A stretch of 64,000 nt of DNA from assembly GCA_025201805.1 (NCBI GenBank), contig MU619338.1, positions 7,894 through 71,893 on the forward strand, in the 5' to 3' direction. Below are positions 38,494 to 48,430 of this stretch, one piece after another. Source of the stretch: Parasitella parasitica NRRL 2501. Its lineage: Eukaryota > Fungi > Mucoromycota. The notes beneath the pieces were generated by a model, which saw nothing but the letters and a program-made list of their open reading frames with translations, was not told the DNA's origin and made no database searches. The translations under genes and the position numbers were made by a program. Positions within the stretch are counted from its first letter, which is position 1, and every line of letters starts with the position of its first letter.

Positions 38494-39905
38494 TCGAATA
38501 GGTGGGTTCATGTACATATCTTTATTCGCATAACTGATGTTGCACTGGTATCCACTGCAATAAAGTATAGCCTGAAGGCTTCTTTGAAGCAGCTTCAGCG
38601 CGGAAGTCAAACTAAGGGACCAGCTCCAGAACCCTGTTAGGCTGATATGTATTTGGTCAGAATTCACTTGGCTGGTCGTCCAGTCAAGGACATGTCGATT
38701 GGATACTGCACTGTGAAAGGTGCAGCCCGATGTGTGAACGCCCACGAAGCTGGTAGTCGTGGCAGCCCATAAAAATATACAGTTCTTATTCGCGCAAGGA
38801 CCCATGGCGGTTGGTATAACGCTCGAAGGTGCTATTTACATATTTTTAGATCATTGCTCTTTACTAGACCATTGGCGTACTTCAATTTAGATTTGAATAA
38901 AGGGAAGTACACCTTAAAGCAAGGTCACAAACAATCAAAATGTTCTATCAATCGCATTCTCTGGTCTCGAATAGCTGGGTTCATGTACATATCTTCAACC
39001 GCATAACTGATGTTGCACTGGGATCCACTGCAATAAAGTATAGCCTGAAGGCTTCTTTGAAGCAGCTTCAGCGCGGAAGTCAAACTAAGGGACCAGCTCC
39101 AGAACCCTGTTAGGCTGATATGTATTTGGTCAGAATTCACTTGGCTGGTCGTCCAGTCAAGGACATGTCGATTGGATACTGCACTGTGAAAGGTGCAGCC
39201 CGATGTGTGAACGCCCACGAAGCTGGTAGTCGTGGCAGCCCATGAACTCAGTCAATCTATATATTTTTATGTACATATCTTCAACCGCATAACTGATGTT
39301 GCATTGGTATCCACTGCAATAAAGTATAGCCTGAAGGCTTCTTTGGAGCAGCTTCAGCGCGGAAGTCAAATTAAGGGACCAGCTCTAGAACCCTGTTAGG
39401 CTGATGTGTATTTGGTCAGAATTCGCTTGGCTGGTCGTCCAGTCAAGGACATGTCGATTGGATACTGCACTGTGAAAGGTGCAGCCCGATGTGTGAACGC
39501 CCACGAAGCTGGTAGTCGTGGCAGCCCATAAAAATATACAGTTGAACTTTCTTTTTACAGAGTTGCAGTTGGTTGAACTGATTGCTTGGATGTGTTCTTG
39601 TGATAACACTAAATAATTGATCGGGCTGATGGCTTTTTTTTTTCATGATAGGCGTAAATGCAGGCTTTCAAGAACTACCAGAAGATACTAAACTAATACC
39701 TGCCCTTCGGGGATGCATCTTGTGTACATTGGCGCAGGATGTCGTATGATCTCCAGCTGCGAAGTGGAAACACCACACTGCTCTTAGCTGGCCTCTGTTT
39801 TTTTTTTTATCAACAATCGTATTGAGTTTTCCTGAACTTGCTGTTTGGTTGTCACTTTTACCGTATCAAGGCAGATCATCTGGAGTTAGATCAAGCAGGA
39901 ATTTT
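38494..39905 (+). ncRNA. Putative structured non-coding RNA locus (family not recognised)
   Basis: Dense hand-identified helices, G-U pairs favouring the + strand, different closing stems on different copies, UUCG and GAAA tetraloops, and a T11 run. No transcription evidence is available. Confidence 0.5.
38510..39529 (+). repeat. Three near-identical 261-bp direct repeats (38510-38770, 38983-39243, 39269-39529)
   Basis: Direct comparison: each copy runs ATGTACATATC...GGCAGCCCAT with few substitutions, separated by unrelated spacers. Confidence 0.97.
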
Positions 39906-40746
39906 GACAATGCTGGTACTGGCCTGGGTTGGTAGGATAATCAGTGTTCCCTTAGTCCCTTTTCCTTGATCGTTTACTTCTGGATTACCCTTTGCTATTA
40001 TCTCGTTAGATAGGAGTTAATACCTACAAGACACTCCTACAAGATTAGCAACAATTGAGAATAATAAACGATCATCATTATTGCTCTTTTTTAGAATAGA
40101 TTTATAACAGCAAAAAATTATGTTGTTGGTCCCTGACTCCAGGTTTAATTATTCGAAAACTCCACTTGTGGTGTTCTTGATTTGTTTATAGTTCAGTGCA
40201 CTATTCGATGTAACAACTGTAAAAACCAGATTGGGAGATAAATGCAGGGTTTGTATAAACAAAAGATTTCCCATAAATTTGGAGTAGAGTTAACAAATAA
40301 TACATACACAATGCACAAAAACGAAGTGCACCGCAAGCAAGCAAGTCTGCTCAAAGAAGAAAAATACACAACTTTGTAAAAGAAGGGTTGAACTTAATCC
40401 ATGGCACAACTATTTGATAATAGGGATAAAATGTGGAGAACATGCCTAATTAAATAAAGTTCCATAATTGTAAAGGCTTTTGCTTTCTATTAGAGGAGAT
40501 ACGCTCAAAATTGTTGCTTCAGAACTCTGTTGATTAGACTTTATTATCAAAGCGGTTTGTAAGGTGCCAAACATTAAAATGAAGGGATCTATTGTTATTT
40601 AGTATAATGTAATGAGAATGGTATTTTTTGGTGACGAATATCTTGATATTTTTGGTTTGAAGAGTAACGACATGAAAAAACATGTTAATATTATATTTGT
40701 TTTGCATAAAAGGCCGGCTTGTTCTTGTCAACGTCTTGAAACTTAT

Positions 40747-43305
40747 TTACTCTTCTTTCTGCGGAGAGCGGAAGCTAACTAGTGATCGGCTGAGTCGACG
40801 GCTAGGGGAAGCTGCATCTTGTTCTGGCAGTATACACGATAGGTCATCCAACATCTTATCCGTAGTTTTCTTCATAATTCTCTAATGAGGATATAGTTCA
40901 GTAATGAATAAAGAAGAAAAGAAAGCAAATATCACACAAACCTCTAGCGTATCCATCCTACGGACGCAAGGGATAAGAGCGTGGATATCATACAAATCGC
41001 GTGGCAAGTAGAATTGCTCCAACATAGTGAAACGGTAAAGTTTGTAAAATGAGAGGTCCATAACAAATAACTGGCATTTGAAACCTAAATCAAAGACCGC
41101 AGCAGTTAACATTATACTCCTTGGATAAGACCGTATTTCATAAATACCTTCAATCAACAGACCGTAAATAACTCTGTCTTCAGTAAAATGCATGCGATCT
41201 AATTCATCTTTCATTATATTCGCCAATTTTACGAAATCTGGATTTTGGGCATCAGTTGTTGAATTCAAACTTTGAATATGACTTGGACTTTTGACCTCGC
41301 AAACAAACGGCAAGGCTGTGTGGCCGTTGTACTGTACAAGAAGTGATAGATCGGGTATACGCCCGTACTTGCCTCTTCGCTCTTTCGAGCCCAACGATTC
41401 ATCGGTGCTTCTATTAAGCGTTCAAGTGTCAGTTAGAAAAGTGAATCCATCCTCTGTCCATCAGGCCATTGGGGAAGATCAATGCCATACAATTCTGTAG
41501 CTAGCATTGCCATTTTAGTTTTCTTGTTTTTAAAATAGTTTTTTTTTTTTTTCTCTTATCTCACTAACTTCTTTATTGTTCTTATCATTATTATTTATAT
41601 CTATAACATTATATTTTATCTCAATTGCACCCGCCTCTTCGATAGGAACTCATATCCTATAGTACGCGGCTCAATCAATAAACACAATTTAAAAAAAAAA
41701 AAAAGAAAAGTGAATCCTACCCGTGCAAACATGATTCAACGCTTACCCTTGAATAATGATGTCGGTGCCATTTGAGCACAAAAATGGACATACCAAGCTT
41801 TCAACTAGTAGACTGCAGAACAGTGGCTCCTTCAACGTATACATGTTGTGTTTCTTTAGTTTTTGTATCCTACACGATAAACGTGTTACAAGTCATGATA
41901 TATTAAAGTTACTTACGTTTACATATTAGACTTACATATCAAATGTTGTGTTTGCTCTTAATAGTTCCTTAGTATATCCTTTGTTTGCGCACTCTGCCTG
42001 GTGTTTTACTGCTTGACTCTCTCCCTCCTTCACATCGTTTGTCATAATGATCTAAAAACAAGTTAGTCAACACCAACAGCTTGGTATATAGAGAACTAGC
42101 GATTGTTACCTCTGAAATGATTGAAATGTCTTTGTATTCGCTTGGCTTGTCTTTGTCTTTATACTTGTCTTTGATGTCACGGTGGTAAATGCTCCAGTTC
42201 TCTTCAGATATCTTATAAGCTCTTCTATTTTTGTCGTCAACCCACATAATCGCGTTCAAAGCACTACAAGTAGTAAATAATGGCTATTAGTCAACTGTGT
42301 TGTTACTGTTGTGGCGGGCACAAATATTTACAGCTCTTCTATGTGTGTTGGGCTCTTGATAGTATTAGATATTTTGTCAATGCAAAGATTGCGGTAGGCA
42401 TGGAAGCTTTTCGAAATATTCTCTTCGTTAACACACCACTAGTCAAAAGAAAAAGATTAGCCATGTCAAATGCTAATATTTCAGCTGCATGAGATTTACA
42501 TTGTTTGTTGCATTGTCAATTATTACTTTAGGTTCACCACCTTCCAAATAGTCCAAGTACTTTATATTTAGAGCCTGCAAAGTAACTTTGTGAGAATGAC
42601 AAATATACATTGCACTCCAGAAGATAGCATACTTACAGGTGGTGGTGCACCTTCTTCTTCTAAACTGCTATCCGTATCGGTGGTGCTATCTACGATTTTT
42701 CTTTTTTTGCCACCTTCTCGTGTTCAAATAGTTAATGCTCAGTAATATTTGTTTTCAAAATACAACTATACTTACTGTTGCTGCTCTCACTAAAGGTGCT
42801 GGTGCTGGCGCTAGGACTAGCAACATTTTTGATATTATTTTTCTGTTGGGTAATGTCTCCATTGTACGTGAAATTATTCGTAGAGCCTTTTATTGTATTT
42901 GTTATTCGCTATTTGAACAGTTTAGTACGCGCTTGTTGCAAGTGCAGGAGGGGAAAGACTTACTTCTGAGGAGGAAATGGACCCTGCTGGCCTGCTTTGT
43001 TGTTGGTTATCTTTCAGTTCTTTACTTTTACTGTCATATACTGGAATCTGTGACTAATGGAACCTGTAAGTATGAGCTTATTTGATTTTTGAGTTTTTTT
43101 GTGAGTAACATACATCGAATTTCTTCAAAAAAGATTTCATTATTTTTGATGCTTTGCCATTTAATAAATCACTCTGGACCAATTCGTTTAATTCGGATTT
43201 TAGCGTGGACTGAGCAGTGAGATTATTATCGCACTTCTCTTTATAACGAGAGTACAGTTGACTGAGATTCCACTTCTTGACTTTTGTCTTAACTAGGTAG
43301 TCCAT
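40747..43305 (-). CDS. Mucorales multicopy-family protein with C-terminal PD-(D/E)XK restriction-endonuclease-like domain (multi-exon)
   Basis: GRIPDLSL...FVCEVKSP...DFVKLANIMKDELD...YGLLIEG-FKCQLFVMDL...FYLPRD and a terminal FRSP. Middle exon structure is not fully resolved. Confidence 0.65.
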
Positions 43306-43707
43306 GTTTTTTTTTGGTCAAGTCGAAAAAAAAAAAAAAAAAAAAGAAAAAAAGCACATCGAATCCATGCAAATTTATACTAGTTTGTCTGTGTGTGTGT
43401 GTGTATAAAAATAGCCCTGTTCAGCAGTTGTAAACTGGTTTTAGCCAGATGATTTTGATCAACGGATATGTAATGCATATCGTTAAACATAGTAGTGCAG
43501 TAATAAATGCATTTTCTGCTTTTGATCCTTTGTCGCATATCACAATTTATTGCCATACTGCAAATAGCTGGCGACATTTATACGTGTAAATACTATTAAT
43601 CCCAACACATGAACTAATCTATTATACAAATTCCCAGCTGCAGTTTATTCTGACTATAAATACTATTTTTCAAGCAAAAAAGATGTATAAAAAGATATAT
43701 GATACAT

Positions 43708-44493
43708 TTATCGAAACACATCCGTGTTACGAAAACTTGAGTTATCCCGAAGAGCATCATTATGCGTTTTATACTCCATTGTTGTCTCTGATGGTAGGCT
43801 TAGATGCTTCTTGATGGTATCTCTACATTTTACAAAATCAATTAAATGCACCTTTCCTAGTGACGCACACTTTCTGATAAATTTACCTGATTTTGAGATT
43901 GATTTTTCCGTTTGACGATGTCTTATTCCATACTGAAATGATATCTTCTGATCCTCTAATCGACAAAACAGCACCACAAATTTCATCTTTTACATCAAAT
44001 TGATCTCCAATGATGGCCAACACTAACAGCTCCCAATATCTGCTTGCTAATCCCTTTTTCAATCTGACGATCCATTTTCCACCATCGATGTTTACAGTGT
44101 CCTATCATTACGTTTCAATATATCGGATCCTGACCACAGTCCTCGTCACAATCTCACCTCCCAAACTGGTCTAACACCTTCTTTGAATAGATGGTAATCG
44201 CTAATGTTGGGCAGTTCGCTAGGGCGGCGAAGATGACTATACACAGCCCAAAATTCTTCGATCTATTACCGACATATCCACTGTTACCATTTGAAACAAA
44301 CAAAAACGTCTCATGTATATACAATTACCGTATTGAAAGTTGCAATCTTCTTCATTGCTCCTTCGTAGTCTGTGATTTTCTCGCCTCGAGAACGGTGCAT
44401 AAACCAAAATACCCACCCGTAATGGAGCGCGTGCGATTTATCTTGATTCAGTCGGGTTTGACCTGCTACCTCTAAAGTTGCTGTATTATTCAT
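43708..44493 (-). CDS. EIF4E2: Class II eIF4E (4EHP/eIF4E2/nCBP-like)
   Basis: HALHYGWVFWF, TDYE (Tyr at the W56-equivalent), EEFWAVYSHL, DYHLFKEGVRPVWE-D, GGKWIVRLKKGLASRYWE and MEYKTHND; 4 exons. Confidence 0.88.
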
Positions 44494-44686
44494 GTTGGCT
44501 ACGTTCTTTCCTTTCAGAACAGAACCGGTATAAAGATGGACTTATAGTTTTATTATGTAAAAGGAAAGATACAAAGGCTATATGTTGGTAGAAAGAAAGA
44601 GAATTTTTTTTTTTTCATTGCGGCACATTTTGACAAGTCGAAGGTCACAAAATAATCTCTACATTTGAGGCTTTAGTTGATAGTAA

Positions 44687-45223
44687 TCATGGTTGCATCG
44701 ACTTTAGCTTAATTAGCCTTTGCTCCATTTTGATAATGTTCTTTTCAAGGTGATTGATTTGCAAATTCAGGTCGTCGTAAGCAATCAAAAGCTCTTTTTC
44801 CATGTCACAAAGTCTGGCATCATTTCCCTGCTGCTCGATATCACATTTACCATCGCTGTATGCATGGCGTAAACTTTCATAAACAACATTAATAGTGGCC
44901 AGACAATCGCACGAAAATTCTAGCTCGGTTAGCAAGTTATCATACGTTGCTTTTGTGCTATCTTTGATTCCAGCGACCAATTCATGCTTTTTCCAGCAGT
45001 TACTTGCGGGAGTACCGGTAAAGCGAGATTTTTTTCTTGTGCTTGGTGCATGCTGATATTGAAGTTTCCCATTAAGAATGGCTATTACTTTGCTACTACC
45101 TTGCTGTCGCTCTTTCACCTTTGGCTGTCGTCTATTTTTATTGACAGAATATTTAGTAAAACTATGTTGCTGAAAGTGAGTAGGCATGAAGATGTTGCAA
45201 AAAGAGTGAAAGGAGCGAGGCAA
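44687..45223 (-). CDS. Hypothetical protein with C-terminal coiled coil
   Basis: 178-aa ORF with protein-like composition (MEKELLIAYDDLNLQINHLEKNI); no recognised domain; start uncertain. Confidence 0.5.
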   Translation of the reverse strand: MPRSFHSFCNIFMPTHFQQHSFTKYSVNKNRRQPKVKERQQGSSKVIAILNGKLQYQHAPSTRKKSRFTGTPASNCWKKHELVAGIKDSTKATYDNLLTELEFSCDCLATINVVYESLRHAYSDGKCDIEQQGNDARLCDMEKELLIAYDDLNLQINHLEKNIIKMEQRLIKLKSMQP

Positions 45224-45500
45224 ATGATTGTTGTTTACTATAGCTTTATGCTTATTTTTTTGTGCAACTTGCTTAATTAGTCGAATACTTAACGTTTTAT
45301 GTTGGTATCACAAGTAGCCAGCAGTGTACAAGTGTATGCCCAAGGAAAAAAAAACAAATAAACTTTCTTCAAAGTAGCAAATATCGTTGATGCATGTCTT
45401 GGTGATGGGGCATTGTATGCATATACATGCCAAAAAATCTTATAAAATGTTACCAACAGGTATTTGCATTTATGAATGCTGCCATGCTGCCATGCTGCCA

Positions 45501-45800
45501 TTAGACCAACGAAGCTGGTTGTAAGTGAATAAACATGTCAACTTGAGATATATAAAATCGACGTTGTTCTGCCCAAGCGTTCTCAATCGGTCTGGAAGAG
45601 TACAATGTGAAACTTCTAGAAAAATAATTGACTTCGACCGCATTCGTAAGAATGTTTATTGTCATGAAACCTGCTAATGGATGGTTGTTTGCCTGGAGCT
45701 GTTTACAAGAGACTTGCCTATGCCGCCGTAGTGGTGAATGTTGCTCTATTAACTGAAGGGGCCTGAGAGTGAAAGCATAATCTATAAAAACTGACAATAT
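45501..45800 (-). mobile_element. Degenerate Tc1/mariner transposase fragment
   Basis: SRPIENAWAEQRR resembles the Tc1 NPIENxW motif; the surrounding sequence is decayed. Confidence 0.45.
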
Positions 45801-47099
45801 TTGGTTTTAGTCGCGAACCTTGACATGAATGATTTGCTTTCGTATCATGATGGTACATATAAGTTAAGAAGAACTGGTCTCTCGTTGGCTGATCCAACTA
45901 TCATTTAATATCGGAAAACCCGCTTACACTTCACTAATCTAATGATGGCCTCAATTGCTTGCAAAAAGCAAGTACATTGTAAAACAATGCGACATCAACC
46001 GTTCTTTAAACAGTGAATAGTTCAAGGAGGTTGATACTATTCGTTTGAAATTTGAGTGAGTTGTACTAATCCAGGTTTAACCTTTTATTTGTTTTATTAT
46101 AACGCATATTCTTCTGGACCAATTCGTCAAATGTATCCTTTCTAACTATTAACAGGGCAGGAATTAGGATTATTGGTACAGTAACAGTTTTAGATGTGAA
46201 TAGTCTCTGATACCTAATCTAGTTATTCTCATCATAGCATCAAGCAAGGTCCGCCAGGTATGATTATGTATTGTTGTGAAATCAATGCACGTTATTGACA
46301 ATACAAATCTCATACCGAGTAATCTGGCATTCCTTGCTTCATCTAGCAATGGCGAATGTTTTCTATCAAATCTATAAATTAAAAGCTGTATCAATCCAGC
46401 TTTGATAAGTTGATCACTGCAATGCATTTGTATTTCTAGTGTTGGATTATGCTACATATTTTTATTTTCTTTTTCATCACGTTCTTTTACACCCATAGGT
46501 CGGATAGCACTTCCATCTGATACTCGAGGTTGCTCTCCAAGCACAACTGTACAAATTAAATATGTTTAGTATCAAAAATCGGATTAGTTGGGTGAAAAAA
46601 AAAAAACTTTACCGCGTTTGTACAAAATCCAAGAAGTAACAACAACAAAAGGTGCTGAGACAATGATTGTTGTCAACCTAAGCATACAATTCAATTGCTG
46701 TGCTTTTCGTTTATTACATTATGCTATTACCTTCTACCTGCAGGTGATAGTTTGATGGCCATTTTGTTGTAACAGAATGTGAAAACAGAAGAGTCAAACT
46801 GACTGATTATATCCCTGCATTTGGGACAGTAAAACTAAATCCTGACTTGCCGGCGCCCTTCATTCTTGACTCAAACCGAACATCCAATGCTTACGCGCCC
46901 AAAACCCCTTGACTAGCATGTATGTACCGGTACAGTAATCTTGGATATTGAGATGAGTAGCACAAGCGTATTGATATAATCGATAATAGTTCAATTGTGA
47001 TGCCAGCGCACATCGGTTTACACTCTCCACCCTGATGAAATCTATATCATTGGCGGTTCGTTCATACCTTTTTCTTTCTTTGGTGAGTATGTTTTCAAC

Positions 47100-47570
47100 A
47101 TTAAATGCAGTGCATCGCATCAAAAGCATAGTAACAAATGAATATGCTCGTACTCAGATTAGCTTGGCTGATAAAGTAGATGAAAGTGAGGCTTCAAGCT
47201 CTTCCATAACTTTATTACAAAGTAAGTGATTGCTAAGATTAGCTCTTTCAATCATTCAAAGAGAATATAATCATTTTCCTTTGCCTCTTAAATTCAAGCT
47301 CGGTACAGATTTAAGCGCAAACTTTTCACTTAATGATGCAAACGTTATCAATATCAATGTGAAATCTTTGTTTGGTGAATATAATTTCTTGACCCAGAAG
47401 AAAACTAGCGTATTTAAAGCACATCATTCTATTTATTCTGCACAAACAGAATGGTCTGACGGAAGCAAATCAGACGTACTTTATGTACCAAAAACTGAAG
47501 TGACCAATGCACTTGGGTATTTGATCGTTACAATGCCTTGCCCGTTGTGCTTTTTATTGTAGTGGAAGGA
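47100..47570 (+). pseudogene. Fragment of Mucorales multicopy family (TEWSDGSKSDVLYVP type)
   Basis: Motif recalled from expanded Mucorales hypothetical or nuclease-like families; interrupted by stops. Confidence 0.4.
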
Positions 47571-48430
47571 TTTCGAACAATGATTGACATTATCTAACGC
47601 ATTTATTGCCGAATGATGGTTTAAATTGGAGTCTTGACAAGTGTCGCAACATAGCAAAGGCAGGATAAAAAAGAGTGAATGGCAACCCCAGGGATGAAGG
47701 TTGGTTTTAAAAAGAGAAATACAACATCGATAAATGTTTATGCTGCAACTAATGTTGGTACACAGTCAGTACAAAGCAGTTTTGGCAATTCCAAGTTCTA
47801 CTCCAATTTAGTTTTTTCAAGAAAGATAAATTATGTTATAGTATTGTTAAAGAGAGAACAGATTGAATGTTTAATTTGCCCCTTGATTTGCCTTTTAGCC
47901 CTATAGCATGTTATTGATGATATAACAGTATACTGCAGTAATTTCTCATTGATTTTACCAGCAACAGAAGATAGAATCCGACATTGATAAAAGATAATTT
48001 ATTATGCAAGAAGTTTAGAACTAACAAAAAAAAAGTAGTAAATTTACTTGACAAAAGATAAAGGTATTCGTAAAAATGTACGAAATTGACAGGCTTAATT
48101 GGATGATTCGAGACGAAGGCTGGTTTAAGCCCTAAATCATTTCTTGTGTGGTATAAAGAGACAGGTTTTTCGAATTGGACGACAATATAATCTTTACTAG
48201 GTATCATAGTTTGATGTACTGTATTCTGTCCAGTAGATTTTGCGAATATCTGTCATGAGCGGTCGCTTCTTTCCTTCCATTGAAAACATGACAGGTAATT
48301 CCAGCAGCAACCTTCAAAGCATCATTTTATCAGAGAGTTTTTTAAGGCGCGATCATTGAACATATAATCTTGCAGCGACCATGCCTCGCGTTTGTGGGGG
48401 GTTTTTTTTTTCATACATTACAACAGAATT

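Noticed and set aside
39005-39040. Hammerhead-like CTGATG-stem-TAAA within the repeat core
   Set aside because: It lacks the invariant CUGANGA and GAAA core and has no suitable stem I/III with an NUH site.
39160-39215. Group II intron domain V-like hairpin (TGCAC-TGTGAAAG-GTGCA)
   Set aside because: No AGC/CGC catalytic triad or AC bulge at the expected spacing, and no GUGYG start or domain VI.
38510-39529. CRISPR-like or MITE interpretation of the repeats
   Set aside because: Repeat length (261 bp) and irregular spacers do not fit CRISPR and there are no cas genes. The inverted flanks differ between copies, unlike the TIRs of one MITE family.
38479-39646. Minus-strand ORFs over the repeats (e.g. 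GCTFHSAV)
   Set aside because: Short, with no recognisable domain; copy C has a stop in that frame, and the variation fits RNA structure better than coding.
39850-39865. U5 snRNA loop I-like CACTTTTACC
   Set aside because: It deviates from the invariant GCCUUUUAC and is not closed by the proper stem.
46800-46900. FYCPKCRDI resembling the CK2 beta zinc motif, or a GAGKS P-loop
   Set aside because: Very short and flanked by stops and frameshifts; not distinguishable from chance.
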